64,000 nucleotides of DNA. It comes from Neophaeotheca triangularis (taxonomy: Eukaryota). Shown one piece after another: positions 33,256 through 43,999 of the stretch (within the stretch, counting starts at the first letter, position 1; the number at the start of each line of letters is the position of its first letter). The notes below the pieces were generated by a model. That model was not told the origin of the DNA. It searched no databases and saw nothing but the letters and a program-made list of their open reading frames with translations. The stretch is from NCBI GenBank assembly GCA_054600435.1, contig BAAIJX010000004.1:186001-250000 (forward strand), given 5' to 3'. The position numbers and the translations under genes were made by a program.

Positions 33256-34206
33256 ATGCGCCTCTTCCTCCTCCCAATAAGCACCCGCCATACCCTCCTC
33301 TACTGCGAACGCCTTCCAGCCGTCCTACCCAACCCCAACTCCCCCTCCACCGCCCCCAAACCCCCCCTCACCGACCGCATCACCTCCAAAGCCGCGACAA
33401 CCTGGTCCGACTGGGAACGCCGCGACCGTGGCTGGCAAAAAGCCGTCACAAACTACGGCAACCAGCTATTCAAACGCATCCCCTACCAAGAATGGGGCTT
33501 AAAGACCCTTCCGCCTTTAACAAAAGCTAGACGCGAAGCCCTAAGCCACGGCGAGGGTGAAAGCGGCTTGGCACTGCAAGTGCACTACCCGCGGCGGTTC
33601 TTGCGCGTAGAGGGGAAAGGTGAAGAAGGCGTGCGCTCGCTACTGAGACGACTGGCGACGGAGCGGCAGGCTTTGAGCATGAAGAGGATGTGGCAGGCTG
33701 TGGCGCTTATGCCTGCGACGCTGCCCGTTGCCGTGCTGCCGGTTATCCCGAATTTGCCGTTTTTTTATTTGGTTTTCAGGGCTTGGTCGCATTATCGCGC
33801 GCTTTACGGGGGGAGGTTTTTGGATTTGGCGTTGGAGGCTGGGAGAGTGAGGTTGGTGCCGAGTGAGAGTATGGATGAGATTTATAGTATGGGGTTGACT
33901 GACAAGGAGAGGAAAGGAGTTGCTGGGGCTCTGGGAGAGGAGGAAATGGATAAGGTTGCTGGTGGGGTTTGGGAGGGTTTGAGGGAGGGGGAGGATCGAT
34001 TGTTGGTTAGACGTTGGAATGGAAAGTTGATTGCCGAGTCTTTTGGGTTGCCGGAGATGGAAGTTGAAATCGAGAGGGCGGTCGAGCAGGTTGAGAGGGA
34101 AATTGAGGCTGGGAAGGGGAAAGAGGGGGAGGGGGCGTCTCGTGAGAAAGGTGCGGTCGTTGAGCAGCAAGAGCTTGGAAGGGATAAAGAACGAAAAGAT
34201 AGATGA
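33256..34206 (+). CDS. Mitochondrial K+/H+ exchange-related protein (YDL183C-like)
   Basis: MRLFLLPISTRHTLLYC start, RIPYQEWGLK, PVIPNLPFFYLVFRAWSHYRA motif. Confidence 0.8.
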   Translation: MRLFLLPISTRHTLLYCERLPAVLPNPNSPSTAPKPPLTDRITSKAATTWSDWERRDRGWQKAVTNYGNQLFKRIPYQEWGLKTLPPLTKARREALSHGEGESGLALQVHYPRRFLRVEGKGEEGVRSLLRRLATERQALSMKRMWQAVALMPATLPVAVLPVIPNLPFFYLVFRAWSHYRALYGGRFLDLALEAGRVRLVPSESMDEIYSMGLTDKERKGVAGALGEEEMDKVAGGVWEGLREGEDRLLVRRWNGKLIAESFGLPEMEVEIERAVEQVEREIEAGKGKEGEGASREKGAVVEQQELGRDKERKDR

Positions 34207-34325
34207 TGAGAAGCGTCTCGGGCGCTTGGAAAGAGCTCCGATTCATGACGGCTGGAACACTACATTCTGTACGTATAGAACTTGATACCCAAAACTCACG
34301 CTCATCCCCACCAAACCTCTCCCTC

Positions 34326-35171
34326 TCACCTAGCAAGAAAGCCCCCTTCCACTGGCAAAGTCGTCCCAGTAATCCACCCACTCTCTCCACTCGCCAGAAA
34401 AACACACGCCCTCGCCAAATCCCTCGGCAAGCCCAGACCTCGCAACGGATGCTTCTCGGCCAACCCCTCCCTCACATTCTCCTGCCCAAACAACGGCGCC
34501 GTCATACTCGAAGCCGTATAACCAGGCGCCACGGCGTTGACCCTAACCCCAATGGGCGCGCAATCCAACGCCGCCGCACGTGTCAAATTCACCACCGCGC
34601 CCTTGGAAGTGCAGTAAGAGGAGTTGTTGACGGCGGCGACGAGACCAAGGATGGAAGTGGTGTTGATGATGCTGCCGCGCTCGCCTTCATCCGCCGGGTC
34701 GAGCTCGCCGCTGTCCAGCGCGTCGACGTGATAAGGTCGGAACGGCTGGGTCTTCATCTGCAGCGCCGCGTACTTGCAACCCAGCCACACGGCTTTGGCA
34801 TTGACATCCATGGTTTTATCGTAAGTGCTGTCCGGTGTGTCCCAAATCGGCCGTGGATCTTTCGCTTCAATGCCAACGCCGGCATTGTTCACCATGATAT
34901 CTAGCCGGCCATAGCGCGCGACGGTTTCCGTCACAATGTCTTGGATTTGGGAGGGTTGGGAGAGGTCGGCTTCGAGAAAGGAGGCGCGGCCTTTGCGGCT
35001 GAGGAGCTCGTGGGTCGGGATCTCGGCTTCGGTGGGGTTGCGCGAGCGGGGGTCGCGGTCGACGCAGGCGACGGTGCAGCCTTCGGCGGCGAAGTGACGG
35101 GCGATGCTGCGGCCTATGCCGGAGGAGGCGCCGGTGACGATGGCAATTTTGTCGAGGAGGCGTTTGGGCAT
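34326..35171 (-). CDS. Classical short-chain dehydrogenase/reductase
   Basis: TGASSGIG, NNAG, YCTSK catalytic motif, RVNAVAPG. Confidence 0.93.
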   Translation of the reverse strand: MPKRLLDKIAIVTGASSGIGRSIARHFAAEGCTVACVDRDPRSRNPTEAEIPTHELLSRKGRASFLEADLSQPSQIQDIVTETVARYGRLDIMVNNAGVGIEAKDPRPIWDTPDSTYDKTMDVNAKAVWLGCKYAALQMKTQPFRPYHVDALDSGELDPADEGERGSIINTTSILGLVAAVNNSSYCTSKGAVVNLTRAAALDCAPIGVRVNAVAPGYTASSMTAPLFGQENVREGLAEKHPLRGLGLPRDLARACVFLASGESGWITGTTLPVEGGFLAR

Positions 35172-35861
35172 AATGGAAAGGTGTGGATTTGAAGGGGAGG
35201 GGGTGGAGGATGCAGGGGAGGAGAGGAAGGGTTGGAAATACTTTCCTGGAGTATCACGGAAGAAGATAAGGTTGAAAGGAACCTGGGAAAAGGGTCGTGA
35301 GACCTACCTATTTGGTGGAGGCTGGACAGGATAGAGGTAGGTATTGACGTTTTGGTTGCGCTGCTACTTGGGTAGGTTGCATGGCTTCTGCCCTAAAAAC
35401 GTGTGCATAACAAAGCAGCAGCATAAAGTAGTAAGGTAAGGGAAGGTAAGTAGTCGTCGAGTCGAGCTTGACGGGCTCGTATCGAGACGGTTACCCCTCG
35501 CGGCTGAGGGCTGGTGGAATAATGTGGGGTTCTGTGGAGAGTGTCAGGAAAGTCGAGCGACTGGGGGAGATGGAGAAGGCAAGCTTGCCGATGGTTTGTT
35601 GATACTTTGTTGAAATGGTAAAACACGCATGAGATTGGGTTTGGGTATCGTAAACACGTCTCGTGGAACGAGTATATTCTGGTCATCGAAAAGGTCAGCT
35701 TAGTAGCTTTGCCGGTCGGTTTGCAATGGGGGGGCCATACCTTCCTCTTCCTCTCCATTTCTTCGAAAACAGTTTGCTTGAGCATTGCTCATGCAGTAGT
35801 ACTCTTATCTTCCGCGATCCGTACTGGAGTTTGGCTTGTTAGACTCGACCGACCGACGGGC

Positions 35862-37275
35862 TCAATCCTGGACCTTACGTTGAAGCCATCTGTAGAAGCT
35901 CTCAAACTCGGTGTGGTAGTCCTTCCCCTTCAACCAACGGCACTCGACTTTGTTGCGCTCGCAGGTGACTCTGACCGCAAAAGTAACTGGCGGGGCATCT
36001 TTCTTATTGGCTGCCTTCTCCTCTTCTTTGGGTTCCGTGCTCGCACCATCAGGCTTGTCGTTCGCTTTAGCAAGCTCTTCGGCCTCAGCCCGACGCTTTC
36101 TCTTGTTTCTGGCCTTTCTGCCCCAGCTGTTGCCGTGGCTGAGCAGAAGACCAGTCGAGGTAACCGAGTTCCACTCCCAGACCGCACCAGAGACTTCAGC
36201 GACCTTGATCTCTGTGCACAGGATCTTCTCCAAAGCGCGGATACTCTTGCCGTCGGCCCAGAGAGTGTGCGCAGTGTGCGCAGGCTGAGTGGTCCTCGGC
36301 AATTCCTCCTCCCTCACCACCAAGTCCTTCGGCCTAAAATCCCCAAAGCTCCACCCAACGCCCCACCTCTGAGTCCTTTTCCCGGGCTGAAACATGGCGA
36401 CGGCGAAGTTGGGGATGCCAGCGGCCTTGATGGCGTCCACCAAGTCCAGTACCGACTTGTACTTACCCATAAACAGCGTGTACCACTTCACCTTGGTCTT
36501 CAAGACTTTACTCTCCTCCAACATGCGCAGCCCAAAGCCCAAATCGCCGCCTTTGGCAATCATCTCGTTGTCGGAACCCGTGCAGATGGTTGAGGCCGGC
36601 ATGACCTTGTTCTTGTAGCCTGCTTCCATGTCTGCGCGGTCGACGAAGAAGGGAGGGTTGAACAGAACGATATCCAGCTGTTCGACACCGAGCTTGTCGA
36701 GCGGGATGATCTTGTCGTCGGTGTTGGTGAGGGTGACGGTGATACTGTCTTCCAGCTTGTTGAGCGCGACGTTCTTGCGAGCGTGCTCCAGAGACTTGGC
36801 ATCGATGTCCGTGGCATACATGTGCCAGGCGGGCCTTGAGCCGCACGCGAGCAGTGGCAAGATCGCCGAGGCACCGGTGCCGATGTCCAGACCTACGACC
36901 TTGCGAGTGCGGTCGGCGACGTCTTTATAATCGTCGCGGGTCGTGTCGAGTAGCTCCTGAGCCCAGTGGACGTAGTTCCAGCGGGAGGGCACGGGAGGGC
37001 AGAGGCGGTCGTCAGGAAACTCGGCCGTGATGTCGAAATCGTACTTGAGGAGAGTCTTTGTGATTTGCCTTGTTTTAGGTAGGTTAGTGGTGAAGGTTGT
37101 ATTAGCTTATGAAGCTGGCAGCTCACTTGTTCGCCTCTGGGTCCTGAAAGTCGATCTTGTTGGTGTCTTCGTCCCAGAAATCGGCGAACTCTGGGTCGAA
37201 GTCGGCCAAGTCTGCGAAAACAATCTCCTTATGGTAGTAGGGTGTCGTTTTCGTCCCATCTCTGGAGGTAGCCAT
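35862..37275 (-). CDS. METTL16/RlmF-family m6A RNA methyltransferase, 2 exons
   Basis: IDFQDP, DDRLCPPVPSRWNY, LDIGTGASAI, NPPF catalytic motif, WYTLFMGK, TQRWGVGWSF; intron 37069-37126. Confidence 0.9.
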
Positions 37276-40008
37276 GTTGTGTCGGTTGTTGTGGTTGTTG
37301 TTGTGGTAGTGGTTGTTGTTGTCAGTGGTGAAGGTTGAAGGTGTCGAGAGTGAGATGTTTATTAAAGGTCCAAGTGAACTTTGGCTGTTGATACCTACAA
37401 GCTGTAGCCGTCAGCACGGCCGTGAGTAGATCTCGTCATAGAAAGTGAACTTTTCCTCACTTCGGTGGAAGAGCCCCTTACCCCTGAGCCCGCCCCTGAG
37501 CCCGGAATGGTACTGAGTAAACTCCATGTTGAAAGATACACGAGTTTACTGTAATGGTACGACACATTTATAAAAGCTCATCTCTCGCCCCAAGTAGGGA
37601 GGCTCACCGTTGTCGGCCTGTTAGAGACGATCAGCACTACCGTGCTAGGACATGGAACTGCCTTCAATCAAGGGTATCCGCCGACGCATCGACGAGACCC
37701 ATACGGGTAGGGCCGCTCGAGGCTTACTTTGAACTCATGGCTCGAGATACGCCTGTTGCGAAGGGGCCAAGTGTTCCCATTCTATCCGCACAGTGCGATC
37801 TGGCCTAGTTCATGGCACATATAAGGAGATGCTCAACCAATGGGGCGATGTTGCAGGCTCTTGGGCGTAGACAGGTTACGAACAGCTACAGGGGATCTCG
37901 ATCGGGCCAGCACTACCTCTGACCGACGGCACACGTTGACTGCTGTCGAAGATGGCTTGTGAAAGGAGGTAGGGAGGCCTTGATCCCCGGACACTAGATG
38001 CTGTCCTCTGCCCAACTTTTGACAAGTGCAATTCTTACCGTCTTACCTTCTGCCTATGGCGCTTACCTGAACTGGAATCAAGACACAACACTCGGTTGGC
38101 GGGCTACCTGTTCGCCGCACTAAGCTCGCCGACGGCTCCTTGATCGTCACAGCGAGGCTCAACTGCGAGCCATGGAGCGAAGCTGTCAGCAACGGCGCTT
38201 CAGCTTCGCCTTAGATACGCTAGTTCGAGCTGCCGAAGGATTTCTAGGAGGAAGAGTTCTGACAAGTCTAGCTAAACTACTAACGAGGTGGCTCACTCAC
38301 CAAGGTAAATACAACAGTGATTGTGACGAGCAGCGCGATGACTCATTCAGCAGCGTGACGGAGCAAATGCTCCTGGGCAACAAGCGTGACTGTCTAGAGA
38401 AGCGTGCTCTTTTGTGAGTCGTGAAGCTCAACAACGACCGGCTGATCACAAAGCCCCGAAGAGTTTTTAAACAATACGCGCGTGGCAGCTGTCACAGCCA
38501 TGACTGTGTCGTTGGTTGAATGTCATTCAATAGAATAAGCAAGGCTCGTGGACGTCCCGTGAAACCGTTGGAACACCTTGGTGAATTGGTGTGCGATTAA
38601 GACCAAGGCCGTCGGGGCAGAGTGGCGCAATTTACTTGATTTGACTGGGACAAGTAGGTGTTTAGCTCCGTTAATGTACGACTGGTCATCCTCACCTGGT
38701 CAGAATAGTCGCGCAAGGTATCAGCAAGATAGAATACCTTGATCCCAGCTTTGGCAACGAGATTGCTCAACAATGCTGGCAACCATACATGGACGTGCCA
38801 GATCATCAGCCAACGATGCAATCGGGTACCCCTGCCTAGAAAGGTCGTTTCAAACATGCGGGCAAGAGGGCTTCAGTCCAGATCAGGCGTACGTAGGCGA
38901 AGACTCGATAGCGTTATAGACGACAGCGTTACCTGGGTCGTGAAGTCCAGAGAGATTATGGGGATTTTGCGCATGCTTTATCTGCCGGAAAGTGTCAAGT
39001 CGTCGCTTCTCCGCTCGCAATATTTGTCTAAGCTGGTACATCTTGCCGCTCTCCAGAGATTTTGCTGATACGCTGCTAGACCCCAAATCACTTGGAACAA
39101 CATGGAAGACTATCCCATCCGCACGAGGCCTATGCAAGTCCTCAACCTGGGCGTTTGCCGCACTGGAACATCGTGTAAGTAGTGGAGCTCATGTGTTGCC
39201 AGGGATCAGTCTGACGCCAATGGGACAGCTCTACGAGAGGCCCTGGACCAGTTAGGGTACAGCAACGTATACCATATCGACTATGTCTTCTAGCAAAAGC
39301 CTTCCGACAACGCCTTGCGGCTTCGGGCATGCGGTGCACGGGGCGTCTAGTTGAAGAGAATGACACAGAAATCGAGCTCGCAGTTGTTCGGGATCAGAGG
39401 GTGGTAACGAGAGAGACGTTCGAAATTTGGTCCTTTTTAGCTGGCCAGCTTTGTGTCTTGTCTTTCCGTAGTATTTAACAGGTCTTTGCTTCTTGCTAAA
39501 TCTTTCATTGTATTAGACGGGCATCGAGATTGACTGGTGGCAACAGCGCTTCTCTGGCTTCATACTGTCTTGCTATTCAAATAGCTGGATGTGGCGTTTG
39601 CTGTGTTCGTAGTGCCTCTATTCGTTCTGTGCCGGGATGTCCAGTGCCGGAATGTCTGTTTGAGCATGTGAAAGCATGAGACTATGCTAGAGTAATGTGC
39701 AATTATGATCATGGGGCGATTTGCAGATGATGCGGGTGCATCTCAAGATGATGTATTTCTCAAAGATTACTAGCTAAGCGCGGAGCTAAGCGCGGAGGCA
39801 TACCTTCCTAAAGGGGATGCGTGCCCCGCTTTACCCAACCACGTCTCTTTGGACAGCGCCGTATTCACTTCAACACCAAACCTCCGAGACTTTGAGTCAC
39901 ACTGCCACCTGATCTTTGCTTTTTGGTCAAGCACATAAGCCGTTGAAGGCTATGCCCTGAGCATCTACCCAATCGGCGTCAGGCGGTTTACTCCAAGACA
40001 CCACAAAC

Positions 40009-40553
40009 ATGGCGGATAGACTCACCCAACTGCAAGACGCCACCGATGAAGTATAATGGCTCCTTTAAATACCATATAGTACTATGCTGACGTAGCAAAG
40101 CTCCTGACCCAGTTCTATGCCACCCTCGCCTACATCCAAACCCGCCACCCCTACGGTATCATTCCCGGCCAGCCATCACAGGCCCCAGCATCCGCGCCAG
40201 CCCAGCCAGCTCTGACGAACGGCGACAATACTCAGAACCAAACTCACTCGCAACAGCAACCCGCGAACGAAGCGGAAGCACCAGGCACCCCTCCACCAGA
40301 GCAGCCGGAAGTGTTCGCGAGCGCTTTAAGGGAGTTGGCACAGGACTTGATCTTGAAAGAGCAGCAGATGGAGATTTTGATCAACTCTCTGCCGGGTCTA
40401 GGGAATAGTGAGGCGGCTCAAGAGGCCAGGATGCGGGAATTAGAGCAGGAGTTGAGGGAGGTGGAGAAGGAGAGGGCGGAGGCGGAGGTGGAGAAAGAGA
40501 GGATGCTTGCTGTGCTTGGGGAGGCGATTGGGCAGATCAAGAGGATCCCTTGA
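40009..40553 (+). CDS. MED21: Mediator subunit Med21 (Srb7), 2 exons
   Basis: MADRLTQLQD start, intron 40051-40100, ELAQDLILKEQQMEILINSLPG, C-terminal coiled coil. Confidence 0.92.
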
Positions 40554-40825
40554 GGAGCGGCAACGGCTGGTCACATGATGGCGTTTAGTGAAGGTACAGG
40601 AGGTGAAGTGGTGGGTGTTATGTGTTTTTGAGCGTAGGCGTACTGGCGTACCTTACCCTCCGCTTCAAGAAAGTGATGCTTTGCTTGAGCTGTATGTGCG
40701 TGTCTCAGATCTTCACTTCACTTTCAAATACTTTAATTGCTAACATTTGCAAATTGCAGTAACGTCACCCACTACTATTCACCCACTACCTTCTCCCTGA
40801 CCAACATAGAAGCTTCACAACTGCT

Positions 40826-42145
40826 ATGGAGCACGCAAGTTGGACAGCATCCCTCCCATTCCGCAGTCCGACGAGGCGCCACGTTGGTGCAATCAATTTC
40901 GAGCCCCCAGCAACCACAGTTTCAGCAACCACAGTTCCAGCGGCACCACCACCACGGATCGTCAGTTTGCCGCCAGAGCAATCGACTGAGCACCGCAACA
41001 AGAACAGTGACACCTCACAAGTTGGTGCAAACGCCGCCGGCGACAATTTACCCACCCTAAGAACGCCCCCAAACCAGCAAAGTGTGGAATCAAGCACCAC
41101 CCTACTTCACCCACAAAGTCGAAGCTGCGTGATCTCGGCTAACGACCTCTCCAACCTTCAGCTCGCCTCGCCACTCATTATTCAGCGTGACGACGTCTTC
41201 TCTCCGATGCCGACCGAGGCTATGGACACCTCTAAACAAGCCGATACGCCAGGCACAGATTCTCCACCGCGCAGCATTACCCATGTCAAGGACATCGACT
41301 TCTCGCCTCGAGCCAGCAGCACTCCTGGTGAAGAGGCAAGGGGAAGCAGCATCAAACACATCAAAGACATCGACTTCTCTCCAACTACAAACTCGCCAGA
41401 CCCTAGCACTACAACACTTGTAAAGTTGTCACCAGACCAGCCCTACACCCCAACCCACCCGCTTAAGCGCCTTCAATCCCTCCAAAGCCGCTGCGGAGTC
41501 ACGCTCCCCAACACAACTAGTCCACCTCTGAGCAGCAATCTCCGCGTCCCCAAAATCCCCACCCACGCAGCATCCAGAACAGCAGAAAGTTCCGACTCCG
41601 ATTCCGATATCCTCCACATCAAAACTCCACCGAACCCCAACCCCAAGAACGGCAAACCCCGCGCTGTCACCCTACCATTCCTCACCGACCCCAGCACCCA
41701 CAACACCCCGTCGAACCTTGCCCTCGCACCCTGCTCACACGAATCCCGGGTCCGCATAACCCGCACGTTCAGCGCCTGGGACCTCGCCAGCCACCAAGGA
41801 CCTGGTTCGGGAAGAACGCAGTTCCACTACCGCACAGGCGCACGTGAGCGACTGCTGGGGATCTGCGTCAAAGCTCCGCGAAATAAAAGAGAGAAGTGCG
41901 CGAAATTGAAAGCGGCGCCTTCAACGGTTTTGTGTGAGAGGCATGAGGTTTATTTCGGTAGTGAGTACACGCGACCCCTTGGTGAGATGTTGAGGGAGGT
42001 TTTGAGGGCTGGAGTTGGGGGTGAGGGTGGTGGGCTTGAGGGGGTTGAGAGTCGTGAGGGGCTTGGGGGCGATGGTGGTGGACGCCTTGTTGGAGATATG
42101 GATGACGAGCGCAGGGCGTTGATGCGGAGTGGGATGCGTGGTTGA
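40826..42145 (+). CDS. Hypothetical Ser/Thr/Pro-rich protein with internal duplication
   Basis: 439-aa ORF; repeated I(T/K)H(V/I)KDIDFSP; small Cys/His-containing C-terminal region; no recognisable family. Confidence 0.55.
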   Translation: MEHASWTASLPFRSPTRRHVGAINFEPPATTVSATTVPAAPPPRIVSLPPEQSTEHRNKNSDTSQVGANAAGDNLPTLRTPPNQQSVESSTTLLHPQSRSCVISANDLSNLQLASPLIIQRDDVFSPMPTEAMDTSKQADTPGTDSPPRSITHVKDIDFSPRASSTPGEEARGSSIKHIKDIDFSPTTNSPDPSTTTLVKLSPDQPYTPTHPLKRLQSLQSRCGVTLPNTTSPPLSSNLRVPKIPTHAASRTAESSDSDSDILHIKTPPNPNPKNGKPRAVTLPFLTDPSTHNTPSNLALAPCSHESRVRITRTFSAWDLASHQGPGSGRTQFHYRTGARERLLGICVKAPRNKREKCAKLKAAPSTVLCERHEVYFGSEYTRPLGEMLREVLRAGVGGEGGGLEGVESREGLGGDGGGRLVGDMDDERRALMRSGMRG

Positions 42146-42540
42146 AAGAACCGACGGATCAGGGAAGCGATTCCAGCAAGAATTCGCGTATTCTAAGCTG
42201 AATCTGTGGCCGGAGACGGTGAATGCAATGACGGAGAGGAAGAAAAACAGATTCGGTGCGATCTAATGGGTGGATTGGCTTCAAAGCCTTGTCGAGATCA
42301 AGCGTCTTAGTATATTCGTATTTACGTTTGAAGTTCCTCGCTTACTGCTTCCAGCGCAACGTCCGTCTGGGGCGTACCGCACTCTCCAGCCTCACCCCAA
42401 CGCCTAAAAGTCATGCCGCAAAGTTGCAAATGTGGTGAAACTCCACCGCCATCCCTGTCGCAACGTCGGCATGAGAGCCTTCACAACAGCGTAGTGCGGT
42501 TCCATGGCGCAAAATAATTTATCCAAAAATCTCAATATCT

Positions 42541-43608
42541 TCATGCCCCCTTAACCTTCTCAGTCAGCTCTGGCACCTTCTCAAACAAATCTCCCACCAA
42601 ACCCACATCCGCGACCTGGAAGATAGGCGCATCAGCGTCCTTGTTGATGCAAGCAATAACCTTGCTATCCTTCATGCCCGCTAGATGCTGAATCGCACCA
42701 CTAATACCCGCGCACAAGTAAAGCTGAGGCGCGACATTCTTCCCCGTCTGTCCAACCTGCAGCGAGTTGTCCGCAAACCCACTGTCCACGGCAGCACGAC
42801 TGGCGCCAATAGCCGCTCCCAGTGCGTCCGCAAGCGGGGGTATCAACCGGTCAAACTCCTCCTTGCTCTTCAGCCCGCGCCCACCGGACACAACCTTCGC
42901 GGCCGTCGCCAAGTCCGGCCGCGACGATGTCGCCAAATCTTCCGAAATCCACTCCGTCGGGCACTCGGCCTTGGGGTCCACGCCCTCCTCGACGCTCGCG
43001 GAACCGCCCTCTGCTTCCCCGCTTGCGAAAGCCGTGCCCCGCACCGTCACAATCTTCGGCTCGTCTGCGCTCTGCACCGTCAGGATCGCATTACCCGCGT
43101 AAATCGGGCGGACAAAAGTGTCCGCGCCCTCGATATCCGTGATGTCGGAGATTTGCTGCACGTCCATGAGCGCGGCAACGCGGGGCAGCATGTTCTTGCC
43201 GAAAGCCGAGTGGCCGCCTACAACGTGGGTGAAACCGTTTTTCTTGATGTTCTCCACGAGTAGCGGTGCGTAATTCTCAGGCAGTCCTTTGTCGTAAGCG
43301 GCGTTGTCGACGTAGATGACTTTCTCGAGACCTTGAACCTTGGCTGCTTGTTCGGCAACGGCTTTGGTGCCGCTGCCGGCTACGAAACCCGTTATGCTGC
43401 CGCCGAGTTTTTGGGCGGCGCTGACGGCCGCGAGCGAGGACATGTTGAGTTTGCCTTCTCTTTGTTCCAGAAGCGCGAGGGTCGAGAGAAGACGGGAGTA
43501 GGCGGCATTTCGATCGATTGAGGGGAGAGGGGAGGTTTGGGTCTTAGTCTGGCGGAGGCAGGTGTTGGCGCTCCGGAGGAGTCCATTACGGAGGAGGGAG
43601 GCGACCAT
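42541..43608 (-). CDS. ETFA: Electron transfer flavoprotein alpha subunit, mitochondrial
   Basis: FVRPIYAGNA, VVSGGRGLK, GASRAAVDSG, QVGQTGK, GISGAIQHLAGMKDSK. Confidence 0.96.
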   Translation of the reverse strand: MVASLLRNGLLRSANTCLRQTKTQTSPLPSIDRNAAYSRLLSTLALLEQREGKLNMSSLAAVSAAQKLGGSITGFVAGSGTKAVAEQAAKVQGLEKVIYVDNAAYDKGLPENYAPLLVENIKKNGFTHVVGGHSAFGKNMLPRVAALMDVQQISDITDIEGADTFVRPIYAGNAILTVQSADEPKIVTVRGTAFASGEAEGGSASVEEGVDPKAECPTEWISEDLATSSRPDLATAAKVVSGGRGLKSKEEFDRLIPPLADALGAAIGASRAAVDSGFADNSLQVGQTGKNVAPQLYLCAGISGAIQHLAGMKDSKVIACINKDADAPIFQVADVGLVGDLFEKVPELTEKVKGA

Positions 43609-43999
43609 GGTGGCGATACTTGGGGGGGTGAGAGGTCGTGGAGGAGGAGGAAGTGGTGTGCATGTATCGCGAAGCTGCCGTGATGTCGATGCTAAGCACC
43701 GAGGTTAAGCGGTACTACGCGATTGGCTCGGCTTTGCAGCACGCTAGTCGACGGCTGGATTCTGTCGGTTCATTCACTCGCACTAGCATCACTAGCGCAC
43801 CCTCTCATGGCGAAGAGCAGACAATGGCTGTGTAAACATTTGTATGAAGAACGTAGTAGGTCAAGCAGCTGTAGTTACGCACCAACAGGGGGCAGGCGCC
43901 CACTGTGTGCCTCCAATGGCCGGAACTTTTACTTCTCGCTCGTCTTCAAAGTCAACCATGCTCAAGCAGCACTGCTCAAACCCAGATTCCACCTCGCCT

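Noticed and set aside
35709..36593. 294-aa plus-strand ORF opposite the METTL16-like gene (similar ones lie opposite MDR, SDR, SNF2 and SEC5)
   Set aside because: Antisense shadows of clear genes with no recognisable domains.
37276..37323. (GTT/GTG)n tract encoding poly-Val in a plus-strand ORF
   Set aside because: It is the CAA-rich 5' leader of the minus-strand methyltransferase gene.
37400..39900. 2.5-kb gene-poor interval with several short ORFs
   Set aside because: No motif, splice-consistent model or transposon hallmark found by eye; left unassigned pending tBLASTx.
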